The notes under the pieces were generated by a model, which had not been told where the DNA came from, did not search any database, and was given only the letters and a program-made list of their open reading frames with translations. The position numbers and the translations under genes are program-made. Positions 8,022 to 16,243 of a stretch of 20,705 nucleotides of DNA are shown in pieces (positions within the stretch are counted from its first letter, which is position 1; each line of letters starts with the position of its first letter). Source of the DNA: Candidatus Thorarchaeota archaeon (GTDB taxonomy: Archaea > Asgardarchaeota > Thorarchaeia > Thorarchaeales > Thorarchaeaceae); assembly GCA_048884785.1 (NCBI GenBank), contig JBHLQM010000060.1, positions 2,062 to 22,766 of the forward strand. Reading direction: 5' to 3'.

Positions 8022-9167
8022 TTAAATCAGTTTCACATTGTACTCATATGCCTTGCTAATAATATATGATTTGTATTTCTCTTTCAAATCCTTAAGTGGA
8101 AGCCCAAATGACTTGAATGACTCGAGCTCACCTTTTCTCTTCTTACGGAGCATTATTTCATTTTCTTTACTTAGATACTTATCCCCCTCTATAGCTGGAA
8201 TACTTCGGTTTTGGTGTGCACAAGTAATATCTGATTTGCTCAAGGCTTCCAATGAATGCTCAATTTCCTGCAGCATTCCCCCGCGGCTCCAGAAATCGGA
8301 AGTTGTCATTCCAATCAAATGGACCTCCGGAGTCGCAAGACCCTGTATATTAGAGAGTTCTATTGAGTTAGATCTTATTGTCGAGAAGATTCTCAATGAC
8401 CATGGAGATAGGTCAACCAGGATGAAAATGGGTATCTCATTATCAGCCAGTCTTCTTATCCATGCTCTCATATTCCGACCCGGCTGTCCGAAAAGTGAGC
8501 CGACCCCTATCCTGAGTTCATCGGGTAGATTGAGTTCGATTAGGTTTCGTGCCATTGCTTCTTTTTCAACAAATATTGCGGCATCAATGTTGATGTCGTG
8601 AATCCTTACATCAAAAGGCCTACTTGAGATAAACCAGCCGTATTCACCTGCTTGATTGCAGTTCAATTGCTTTCCAGATAGATCTGTGAGGGTCACGTCA
8701 CCAAAGAATGTACCTTTCGGTGAGCTCACAACTCCAAATTCCTCGCGAGGCACAGATTGTCCTCTAATTCTCAGAATTCTTTCAACCAATGTAATGATGC
8801 GGTTTGTTTCATTTTGACTGCTTATCTTGAGTGTATCTTGGACTCGCTTGACTTTATTCATGTAGTAAAAATCTCGGAGTGACATTGACATACCTTGGTC
8901 CAAATGTTCTCGAAAACGTGATAATCCGTAGACCAACCCTGCGATTGTCCGGGCGCTTTCCACCTTTCTTCCATCTATAAATGATGGAGTATCGTCAATT
9001 GATGTATAGCCTGTTTCAGGCACGTACTGCACATTCTTCTTTGAGGAGCCAAAGTACCCTATTTCAGGAAATTCTCCTTCCTCTATTGTTTGGTGGAGGG
9101 TATATAGGATATGATCTATGATTTCCATCACCTCCGTGGAAGAAATGTTAAGGTTCTTAGACATCAT
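8022..9167 (-). CDS. top6A: DNA topoisomerase VI subunit A (Spo11 family), divergent
   Basis: SLRDFYY (catalytic Tyr), Q.ETN, REEFGV, Toprim FVEKEA, GQP, LATP and KGELES. Lies immediately downstream of top6B. Confidence 0.88.
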   Translation of the reverse strand: MMSKNLNISSTEVMEIIDHILYTLHQTIEEGEFPEIGYFGSSKKNVQYVPETGYTSIDDTPSFIDGRKVESARTIAGLVYGLSRFREHLDQGMSMSLRDFYYMNKVKRVQDTLKISSQNETNRIITLVERILRIRGQSVPREEFGVVSSPKGTFFGDVTLTDLSGKQLNCNQAGEYGWFISSRPFDVRIHDINIDAAIFVEKEAMARNLIELNLPDELRIGVGSLFGQPGRNMRAWIRRLADNEIPIFILVDLSPWSLRIFSTIRSNSIELSNIQGLATPEVHLIGMTTSDFWSRGGMLQEIEHSLEALSKSDITCAHQNRSIPAIEGDKYLSKENEIMLRKKRKGELESFKSFGLPLKDLKEKYKSYIISKAYEYNVKLI

Positions 9168-9168
9168 T

Positions 9169-10698
9169 TCATTCCACCTCCTCTGGAAACAATTCTGAGA
9201 GGTTCACCTTCTTTGAAGCGCTCTCTTCGAGAATTTCAGATATGAACTGGTAATAGCTACGAAGCCTGTTCTCTCTCTTTATGCTGCTATGAATTCTATG
9301 CCGACGTTTCACTTGTTCACTTAGCCTTCTTAGGCAATCCTTCATCCCAAGTTCAATCTCGCGCCTTATTTCATCGACATCTGCAATGTATTCTTTCCCA
9401 ACTGTTTTGAAAGGCACTTTGGTAGAGCAAAGATGTACAAAAAGTGATAGAGGATCTTCCATTCCAAAGCCGTATGCTTTCATGTTTAATTCCTTAATCA
9501 CCCGGCTTGATACATCTGAACCCTCATCATAAAGAAGTGGAATTCTATTTGCAAAACGGTACAAATTCACGCCATTGGCAAGATTTCCGCCATAGGCGGC
9601 TCCGATTTCGATGACGAAGGGATGCCCTTGATACACAGAAGGTGATCTTATAGAAGTTGCAATAAACTCCGGCTCCAATCTTTGAATTCCTGCTCTAAAC
9701 GCCTTTTGGCCTGCGGGAGAAAGGGCCCTTGAGGTGGGAATCATGAACCCATCAAAAGTTGAGAGTGCATTAATCAGCTCTAGTAAATCTTCATTACTTA
9801 GATCCTTTGGCTGAGTCTCTGAATTCAGCCCTGCGTACAAGAGAAATGCATCGGAAGTTGACTGTCCAATTCTTTGAAAAGAATTGATTAGAAAGGACTT
9901 CAAATTGCCGCTGCGCGAGTTTCTAATCATGTATTTCAGCATTTCAATGTCGGTGCCGTGTGGATGGGGCTTCACTTCTTTAGGACTTGGTGGAAGTGTT
10001 TCAATGACTCTTTCAAACTCAAGCAAGTCCTTATCAGGGGTTTGGAACCAAATTGATGAGTACGGAACTATCAAGCTGGTCTTGCTAAAATAATCTAAGA
10101 TTCTTCTCTTGCTCCTCAGCCAATCACCCTGAAGGCAAAACGATATTGTTGTTCCATGGTTGATGGGAGTCTTAGGAAGATCTATTTCAGAGATGATATC
10201 CGTTTCGTTTTTCTCTACATCAAGTTGCATCTTCATTGAATGAAAGACATCTTCTCCCGTTATGCCAGTAACGATCTCGATTGGTTTTTGTGTGGTGACT
10301 TGACCATAGAGAAGGGCCAAACTCCCCCCTAATCCAAATGTTCCTCTGCTCTGCTTATGTGTAAACTTCGTTCCTGTTAGCATCTTGCCAATCAATTTTG
10401 GAACATCTTTCCTTCGAATTCCAGAACCATTATCCTGTACTACGAGTCTGAAAATTCCTGATCCAGAAGTTGCTAGATTGATTTGGTCTTTTTGATTTAT
10501 TGCTGATAGTTTCACATTAATCTCTGGAAGAATCCCCACTGCTTCACAAGCATCTAGACTGTTTTCTACAAGCTCTCGGATTGAAACATATAACGAACGA
10601 GCAGGATTGTCAAAACCAGCTAGAGTTCGATTTCGATAGAACCAAGCTGAGATAGACAGCTCTGTTATTTCAGGTTGAGAAAAGGTACTGGAAAGCAA
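9169..10698 (-). CDS. top6B: DNA topoisomerase VI subunit B
   Basis: FYRN...GFDNPARSL, GHKL motifs ELVENSLDA, DNGSGI and SRGTFGLG, PHPHG, H2TH region, RFANRIPLLY, and KVPFKTVGKE (switch Lys). Confidence 0.95.
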   Translation of the reverse strand: MLSSTFSQPEITELSISAWFYRNRTLAGFDNPARSLYVSIRELVENSLDACEAVGILPEINVKLSAINQKDQINLATSGSGIFRLVVQDNGSGIRRKDVPKLIGKMLTGTKFTHKQSRGTFGLGGSLALLYGQVTTQKPIEIVTGITGEDVFHSMKMQLDVEKNETDIISEIDLPKTPINHGTTISFCLQGDWLRSKRRILDYFSKTSLIVPYSSIWFQTPDKDLLEFERVIETLPPSPKEVKPHPHGTDIEMLKYMIRNSRSGNLKSFLINSFQRIGQSTSDAFLLYAGLNSETQPKDLSNEDLLELINALSTFDGFMIPTSRALSPAGQKAFRAGIQRLEPEFIATSIRSPSVYQGHPFVIEIGAAYGGNLANGVNLYRFANRIPLLYDEGSDVSSRVIKELNMKAYGFGMEDPLSLFVHLCSTKVPFKTVGKEYIADVDEIRREIELGMKDCLRRLSEQVKRRHRIHSSIKRENRLRSYYQFISEILEESASKKVNLSELFPEEVE

Positions 10699-10752
10699 AG
10701 GAAACTCACACTCAGGATGCTACATCCCAGTGTGTCACTATGAATGCAGGTA

Positions 10753-11670
10753 TTACGTAGAAAACATGCTGTAAATCATTGGCAATGTAAAATAGCCGAA
10801 TATGATCATGATAATAAGTGCTGCAGTAAGAACCGCCCATAGTTCTCTACTCCATTTCACTACAGTTCCGCCATCAAATGGCTGAAATGGTATCATATTG
10901 AATGCTCCAAGAATGGCATTGAGTATAATACCCGTCTGAAATATGAAATAGACGGGTGGTGCAATACCAAGGCCACTTATTGTCAATAGTATCGAAAGCA
11001 GTGCAAATGCCACTGCAATAATGAGATTTGATAGTGGACCTGCTACATTTGTCTTTCCGTCTTTTTCAAGGCTATCCGCACCACTCGTAAAGACGACCCC
11101 TGTACCAAATATGGGAATGGAGAATAGAATGGCAATTGCCGATAGATAGTAACCAGATGTAGTCATACGAAACTCAGCCCACATTCCATAGTGTTGAGCT
11201 GTGAATTTGTGTGCCATTTCATGAACAAAATATGCTAGAAGCAAACTGGACACAGTGGCTAATGGAACCCACCAATATCCAATGGCTACAAGGAAAATCA
11301 GAGCTTGGAATGCCGATATGATACCTGGAACCCCTATGTAGTTCGACTGAAGAGAAATACTGACGAGAATTACAAGAATGGCTGATATCGTGAGGTCTCT
11401 CTTCTCTTGGTTGGAAAATCGGCTCTTTCGGCGTCTTGCTCGCTGCCTTCGGGGTACTTCTTGCCTTTGTTCAACCAGAACATCTTCATCGGGTTCATAT
11501 TCATCTACAGTGAGAGAGTCCTGAACCTTTCTCTTGGCTCTTTCCTTGGCGAGATGTATTCCAGGGCAACCATGTCCTTCTGGCAATCGATGGTCTGTGC
11601 AGTATACTCCGTTGCAGTACGGACATGTGAATCCAAGGTCATCCTGACCGCAGAGAGAACACCGAACCAT
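10753..11670 (-). CDS. AN1-type zinc finger fused to M50 (site-2 protease) membrane metalloprotease
   Basis: N-terminal CSLC...FTCPYCNGVYCTDHRLPEGHGC (AN1). HEMAH, AGPLSN and NMIPFQPFDGG (M50), with multiple hydrophobic TM segments. Confidence 0.88.
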   Translation of the reverse strand: MVRCSLCGQDDLGFTCPYCNGVYCTDHRLPEGHGCPGIHLAKERAKRKVQDSLTVDEYEPDEDVLVEQRQEVPRRQRARRRKSRFSNQEKRDLTISAILVILVSISLQSNYIGVPGIISAFQALIFLVAIGYWWVPLATVSSLLLAYFVHEMAHKFTAQHYGMWAEFRMTTSGYYLSAIAILFSIPIFGTGVVFTSGADSLEKDGKTNVAGPLSNLIIAVAFALLSILLTISGLGIAPPVYFIFQTGIILNAILGAFNMIPFQPFDGGTVVKWSRELWAVLTAALIIMIIFGYFTLPMIYSMFST

Positions 11671-11845
11671 CGAACAATCACCAGTATACTATGATAGATG
11701 CCTGTCACATCCAACAATTTTTGATTGAAAAGCCTATTCCTAATGGCCAGATGCAAAAGTGAGTATAGATATACTCGGAAAGGACAACCCTTAAGTGATG
11801 TTTTCCAAAGGTCGATTCCCGGAACACGAGTTGGAGTGACGGCTA

Positions 11846-13237
11846 TTGGACTATGACGTTGTAATAGTTGGCAGTGGTCCGGCTGGAATATTCTGTGCTC
11901 TAGAGTTAGTAAAACACAAACCTGATTTGAGAATCGCTATGATTGAGAGAGGAAAGAGCATAGAGACCCGTCATTGTCCAAATTCCATCGCATCTCGTGG
12001 GTGCACAAAATGTAATCCTTGCGCAATTCTTGCTGGCTGGGGCGGCGCAGGAGCTTTCTCTGATGGAAAGCTAACGATTTCAACCAAGGTGGGAGGCTGG
12101 CTTGATGAAATCATTGGAGAGGGAAATCTCGCCTCGCTGATTGACTATGTGGATCAACAGTACCTCCTATACGGAGCTTCAGAGAAGCTCTATGGTACTA
12201 ATGAGGATGATTTAGAGGAATATACTAGAAAGGCTGCTCTAATTGGCCTTTGGTTGATTCCTCAGAAAATACGTCACATGGGCCGTGAGGGTTGTATTGA
12301 AGTCATTGGCGGAATGTATCAATACCTGAAACAGCATATCCAGATTAAGCTTCAAACAGAAGCCAAAGATATCCATGTAGAAGGGAACGCTGTAAGCGGT
12401 TTGGAAACGAATGGAGGAGAAATTATCTCGGCACAATACGTGGTAGCCGCCCCTGGACGTATAGGAAACAACTGGCTATCGCAACAGGCAGAGCGTCTTT
12501 CCATACACAAGGAAAACAACTACGTCGACATTGGTGTGAGAGTTGAAATTCCCGAACCTGTTATGGCCGAGATTGCCTCCAAGCTCTATGAGCCTAAACT
12601 AGTCTACTATTCAAAGCGTTTTGATGATAAAGTGAGAGTATTCTGTTTCAATCCTGGGGGCGTTGTGACTACAGAATACTATGATGACATTCTGACAGTC
12701 AATGGGCAATCATTTGCTAATGAGAAAACTCAGAACACAAACTTCGCCCTGTTGGTGTCAACGAAATTCACTGCTCCATTTGATGCGCCTATCGCATATG
12801 GTCAATCGATTGCGCGTCTTGCGAATATGCTAGGTGACGGGGTACTTGTTCAAAGGCTCGCTGATTTAAGGCGAGGAAAAAGAAGCACCGAGGAGCGTAT
12901 CGCACGTAGTCCCATCAAGCCAACATTACCGAGTGCATGTCCCGGTGATCTTAGCTTTGCTTTGCCATATAGGCATCTTACGTCAATAATGGAAATGCTT
13001 GAGGCGCTCGACAAGCTTTGTCCAGGAGTTGCCGATGATGGAACACTTCTCTATGGTGCTGAAGTCAAGTTCTATTCCTCGAGATTGAAGCTCGGTCCAA
13101 ACCTAGAAACTGACATTGGCAACCTTTATGCCGCAGGCGATGGGGCCGGAGTTACACGAGGTTTGATGCAGGCATCTGTGTCTGGAGTCGTAGTGGCACG
13201 TGATATTCTGGCAAAAGAAGGAATCAAGGTGAATTAG
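11846..13237 (+). CDS. Uncharacterised FAD-dependent oxidoreductase (COG2509-like)
   Basis: VVIVGSGPAG Rossmann motif, GGAGAFSDGKL, DIGVRVE, RVFCFNPGG, NFALL, EVKFYS and AGDGAGVTRGL. TTG start after GGAGTGA. Confidence 0.88.
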   Translation: MDYDVVIVGSGPAGIFCALELVKHKPDLRIAMIERGKSIETRHCPNSIASRGCTKCNPCAILAGWGGAGAFSDGKLTISTKVGGWLDEIIGEGNLASLIDYVDQQYLLYGASEKLYGTNEDDLEEYTRKAALIGLWLIPQKIRHMGREGCIEVIGGMYQYLKQHIQIKLQTEAKDIHVEGNAVSGLETNGGEIISAQYVVAAPGRIGNNWLSQQAERLSIHKENNYVDIGVRVEIPEPVMAEIASKLYEPKLVYYSKRFDDKVRVFCFNPGGVVTTEYYDDILTVNGQSFANEKTQNTNFALLVSTKFTAPFDAPIAYGQSIARLANMLGDGVLVQRLADLRRGKRSTEERIARSPIKPTLPSACPGDLSFALPYRHLTSIMEMLEALDKLCPGVADDGTLLYGAEVKFYSSRLKLGPNLETDIGNLYAAGDGAGVTRGLMQASVSGVVVARDILAKEGIKVN

Positions 13238-13254
13238 ATTTTCTTTCCCTTGTC

Positions 13255-13268
13255 ATAAAGCTTATATA
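13255..13268 (+). promoter_or_regulatory. BRE/TATA promoter of hsp20-cdc48
   Basis: ATAAAGCTTATATA in the intergenic region upstream of hsp20. Confidence 0.6.
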
Positions 13269-13273
13269 CCAAC

Positions 13274-13296
13274 TGTTCACTAGTGACTAGTGAACA
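13274..13296. promoter_or_regulatory. Perfect palindrome, putative repressor operator
   Basis: TGTTCACTAGT-G-ACTAGTGAACA has 11-bp arms and a 1-nt spacer. It lies directly downstream of the TATA box, over the expected transcription start. Confidence 0.6.
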
Positions 13297-13297
13297 A

Positions 13298-13389
13298 CTG
13301 GTCCCTAGTCGGACCAGCTGACATCACGTGAACGGGAGCCCCTCAGTGACTCCAAAGACGGTTCAATCCGTCGGGGCTCCCCCCGGGAG
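13298..13389 (+). other. Structured 5' leader of hsp20 (hairpin + tRNA-like mini-structure)
   Basis: Hairpin CTGGTCC/GGACCAG (13298-13317). Stem GGGAGCCCC/GGGGCTCCC (13334-13342/13373-13381) encloses GACGG-TTCAAT-CCGTC. Confidence 0.5.
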
Positions 13390-13397
13390 TGAGTATT

Positions 13398-13823
13398 ATG
13401 ATTGATGATGACTTTGACAAATTAGTTAGGAATATGTTCGAGCGATTCTTTGGTGGATCAATTAGATTTGGATTTGAATCTCAAGATGAGGTACTTAGAA
13501 CACCTCAAGATAATATGGTAGGTCCAGAAATCTCTTCTGAGAATGGTCCGTTGATTGATGAAATAGACCTTGGCAATGAATACTTGATAGTTGTTACATC
13601 AAATGAAGCCGAGATGGCTCCTGTCGCTCAGATTGATGGCAAATACCTTACATTAAAGATGAATGACATTTCAGAGAAACTAGTTGAGATTGAAGTAGCA
13701 TTCCCAGTTAACGTGATGGCTTCTTCAATGACCTATAGAAATGGAGTTGTAGAGATTAAGTTAGTGAAAGCTCTTGAAGGTAATGCAGATAAGAATGAGG
13801 GTGTCATAAGAATAGTTGAGTAG
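13398..13823 (+). CDS. hsp20: Small heat-shock protein (Hsp20/alpha-crystallin-like), divergent
   Basis: DDDFDKLVRNMFERFFGG N-terminus, PLIDEID, TYRNGVVEIKL and C-terminal IxI motif (VIRIVE). Sits 12 nt upstream of cdc48. ATG at 13398 after GGAGTGA (alternative GTG at 13389). Confidence 0.8.
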   Translation: MIDDDFDKLVRNMFERFFGGSIRFGFESQDEVLRTPQDNMVGPEISSENGPLIDEIDLGNEYLIVVTSNEAEMAPVAQIDGKYLTLKMNDISEKLVEIEVAFPVNVMASSMTYRNGVVEIKLVKALEGNADKNEGVIRIVE

Positions 13824-13835
13824 GAGATAAGGAAG

Positions 13836-16025
13836 ATGAGTGAAAAATCGATACGTCTCAAAGTGGCTGCGGCAATGCCAAAGGATCAGGGTCGAGGCAT
13901 TGTCCGATTAAACTCGGATGTAAGAAACGAACTTGGACTAAGGTCGGGTGACTATGTTCTGATTAAAGGCCAGAAAGAAACCGTTGCAATAGCTTGGCCT
14001 GGTCTTCAGGAAGATGAAGTATTGGATATGGTTCGAATGGATGGGCTAATTCGAACAAACTCAGGTGCGCGCTTGGGAGAAGTTGTCGAAGTCAGCAAAA
14101 TTGAGATTCAGGAGGCTGCAAGAGTCACGATTGCACCAAATCAGCATATTAGATTCCAGCCCGGCTTTGACAACTATGTCAAGCAACAGCTGATGAACAA
14201 GCCGGTCACACGTGGTGATACGATTCTTGTCGCATCGATTGGTCGGGGTCTTCAATTCACTGTTACGTCTGCACACCCCGGGAAACATGTAAGAATCTCT
14301 CCAGCTACAACTATTGAGCTAAGAACCGAGCCTGTAAAACCTGAGGATGTTACCATCCCGCAGGTTACCTACGAAGATATTGGTGGATTGGGAAAAGAGC
14401 TTCAGAAAATTCGAGAAATGATAGAACTTCCTATGAAGTCTCCAGAGCTCTTTAAGAGATTAGGAATCTCTCCTCCAAAAGGAGTTCTTCTGCATGGTCC
14501 TCCTGGAACGGGCAAAACTCTGATTGCCAAAGCTGTTGCAAATGAATCTGGTGCCAGTTTCAAGGTAATCAACGGGCCTGAGATCATGTCTAAGTTCTAT
14601 GGTGAATCGGAGCAAAAATTGAGGGAAACGTTCGAAGAGGCCGGCAGGAATGCTCCTAGCATAATCTTCATTGACGAGCTCGATAGTATTGCACCAAAGC
14701 GTGCTGAAGTTACTGGTGAAGTGGAGCGAAGAGTAGTTGCTCAATTATTGGCTTTGATGGATGGGCTTGAAGGACGAGGTCAAGTTATTGTAATCGGAGC
14801 TACGAACAGAGTAGATGATATTGATGAAGCTCTTCGAAGACCAGGAAGGTTTGACAGAGAGATTGAGATTGGAGTACCCGATAAAATGGGTCGCTTAGAG
14901 ATTCTCCAAATTCATACTAGGGCAATGCCTTTAGAGAAAGATGTTGAATTATCAAAACTTGCAGCTATTACGCATGGATTTGTAGGGGCTGATCTTGCCG
15001 CCTTGGCACGAGAAGCTGCAATGCAGGCCCTACGAAGAGCACTTCCCCACGTTGATCCCGAGAGCGGCGACATTCCCTCAGATGTGCTAAATAGCCTCTA
15101 CGTGACCCAATTAGACTTTGAGCTTGCAATGGCTGAGGTTTCACCCTCTGCACTACGAGAAGTATTTGTGGAAAAGCCGAACGTAAAGTGGGATGACGTA
15201 GGTGGTCTCTCAAAAGTGAAGTCCCAGTTATCAGAAGCTATTGAGGCGCCGTTAAAGCATCCTGAGGTGTTTGAAGAGATGGGAATTCGAGCTCCTAGGG
15301 GTGTGCTGCTATTTGGTCCGCCGGGGACTGGGAAGACGCTTCTCGCAAAAGCTGTTGCCACTGAGAGCGAGGCCAACTTCATTTCAATAAGAGGCCCAGA
15401 AATATTCAACAAATATGTTGGGGAGTCTGAAAAAGCGGTTCGTGAAATATTCAAGAAAGCGCGACAGACTGCGCCATGTATTCTATTCTTTGATGAGATT
15501 GATGCAATACTAGGATCACGCTCTGAAAGGGATGAAACAGGAGTTAGCAAACGAATTGTAAACCAATTCCTTGCAGAAATTGATGGGATGAAGGCACTTC
15601 AGAATGTACTCGTAATAGGCGCCACTAATCGTGCTGATATCCTCGACCCTGCAGCATTGCGTCCTGGTAGATTCGATTCCGTAATCTTCGTTCCCCCGCC
15701 GGATCTCGAAGCCAGAGTTGAGATTTTGAGGGTTCATACAAAGAACATGCCTCTGGAAAAAGATGTAAATCTGGAGGTTCTTGCCGAATTGACCGAGGGA
15801 TTCTCAGGCGCTGATATTGAAGGACTTACAAGGGAAGCAGCAATGGCTGCTGTCCGGAAGGATTGGAAACCCAAACCTGTTTCCATGGCCCACTTCAAAG
15901 AAGCATTGAAGGAAATCAGACCAACGATTTCAGAAGAGGATGCAAAGAGATTCCTCCAAATTGCTGAAATGGTGAAAAAACGTCAACCTGAGAAGAAAGA
16001 TGCAATCCTGCCCCAGTATATGTGA
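13836..16025 (+). CDS. cdc48: Cdc48/VAT (p97) family AAA+ ATPase
   Basis: N-domain [10 protein letters not shown], two Walker A GPPGTGKT, Walker B FIDELD/FFDEID, pore loops KFYGESE/KYVGESE, RPGRFD x2, and C-terminal -YM. Confidence 0.97.
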   Translation: MSEKSIRLKVAAAMPKDQGRGIVRLNSDVRNELGLRSGDYVLIKGQKETVAIAWPGLQEDEVLDMVRMDGLIRTNSGARLGEVVEVSKIEIQEAARVTIAPNQHIRFQPGFDNYVKQQLMNKPVTRGDTILVASIGRGLQFTVTSAHPGKHVRISPATTIELRTEPVKPEDVTIPQVTYEDIGGLGKELQKIREMIELPMKSPELFKRLGISPPKGVLLHGPPGTGKTLIAKAVANESGASFKVINGPEIMSKFYGESEQKLRETFEEAGRNAPSIIFIDELDSIAPKRAEVTGEVERRVVAQLLALMDGLEGRGQVIVIGATNRVDDIDEALRRPGRFDREIEIGVPDKMGRLEILQIHTRAMPLEKDVELSKLAAITHGFVGADLAALAREAAMQALRRALPHVDPESGDIPSDVLNSLYVTQLDFELAMAEVSPSALREVFVEKPNVKWDDVGGLSKVKSQLSEAIEAPLKHPEVFEEMGIRAPRGVLLFGPPGTGKTLLAKAVATESEANFISIRGPEIFNKYVGESEKAVREIFKKARQTAPCILFFDEIDAILGSRSERDETGVSKRIVNQFLAEIDGMKALQNVLVIGATNRADILDPAALRPGRFDSVIFVPPPDLEARVEILRVHTKNMPLEKDVNLEVLAELTEGFSGADIEGLTREAAMAAVRKDWKPKPVSMAHFKEALKEIRPTISEEDAKRFLQIAEMVKKRQPEKKDAILPQYM

Positions 16026-16039
16026 GCATAGTTGAGAAA

Positions 16040-16089
16040 GACCTGCCCTATGAATACAGGATAATCAGTATGGGGCAGGTCAATTTTCT
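16040..16089 (+). terminator. Stem-loop after cdc48
   Basis: GACCTGCCCTATG (16040-16052) pairs with TATGGGGCAGGTC (16069-16081), 13 bp including two G-U pairs, and is followed by AATTTTCT. Confidence 0.55.
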
Positions 16090-16243
16090 GAACTCAGGAT
16101 TCCTGGAAAGGAAGTAGTATCTCATTTGCACCTCATTCACATATTGCTTTGAAACCCATTCCTTATTGAAAAGACAATTCGTACATTCCAGATACTCTTT
16201 TCAACTAACTTGATTGTATCTTCTTTGACCGGAGGTCGTCAAT

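Noticed and set aside
7316-9167. Wadjet/SMC (JetABCD) defence system
   Set aside because: The coiled-coil protein has no Walker motifs or hinge, and the Toprim protein keeps the catalytic Tyr and is paired with a full Top6B.
13334-13384. Complete tRNA gene (including tRNA-Sec, given the 9-bp acceptor-like stem)
   Set aside because: It is only ~50 nt, with no anticodon arm, no full D arm and a 6-nt T-loop. Kept only as a tRNA-like structure.
16040-16081. SECIS element / selenocysteine readthrough of the cdc48 TGA
   Set aside because: The hairpin has ATGA but lacks the opposing GA quartet. The TGA is followed by TAG two codons later, and the protein already ends at a normal C-terminus.
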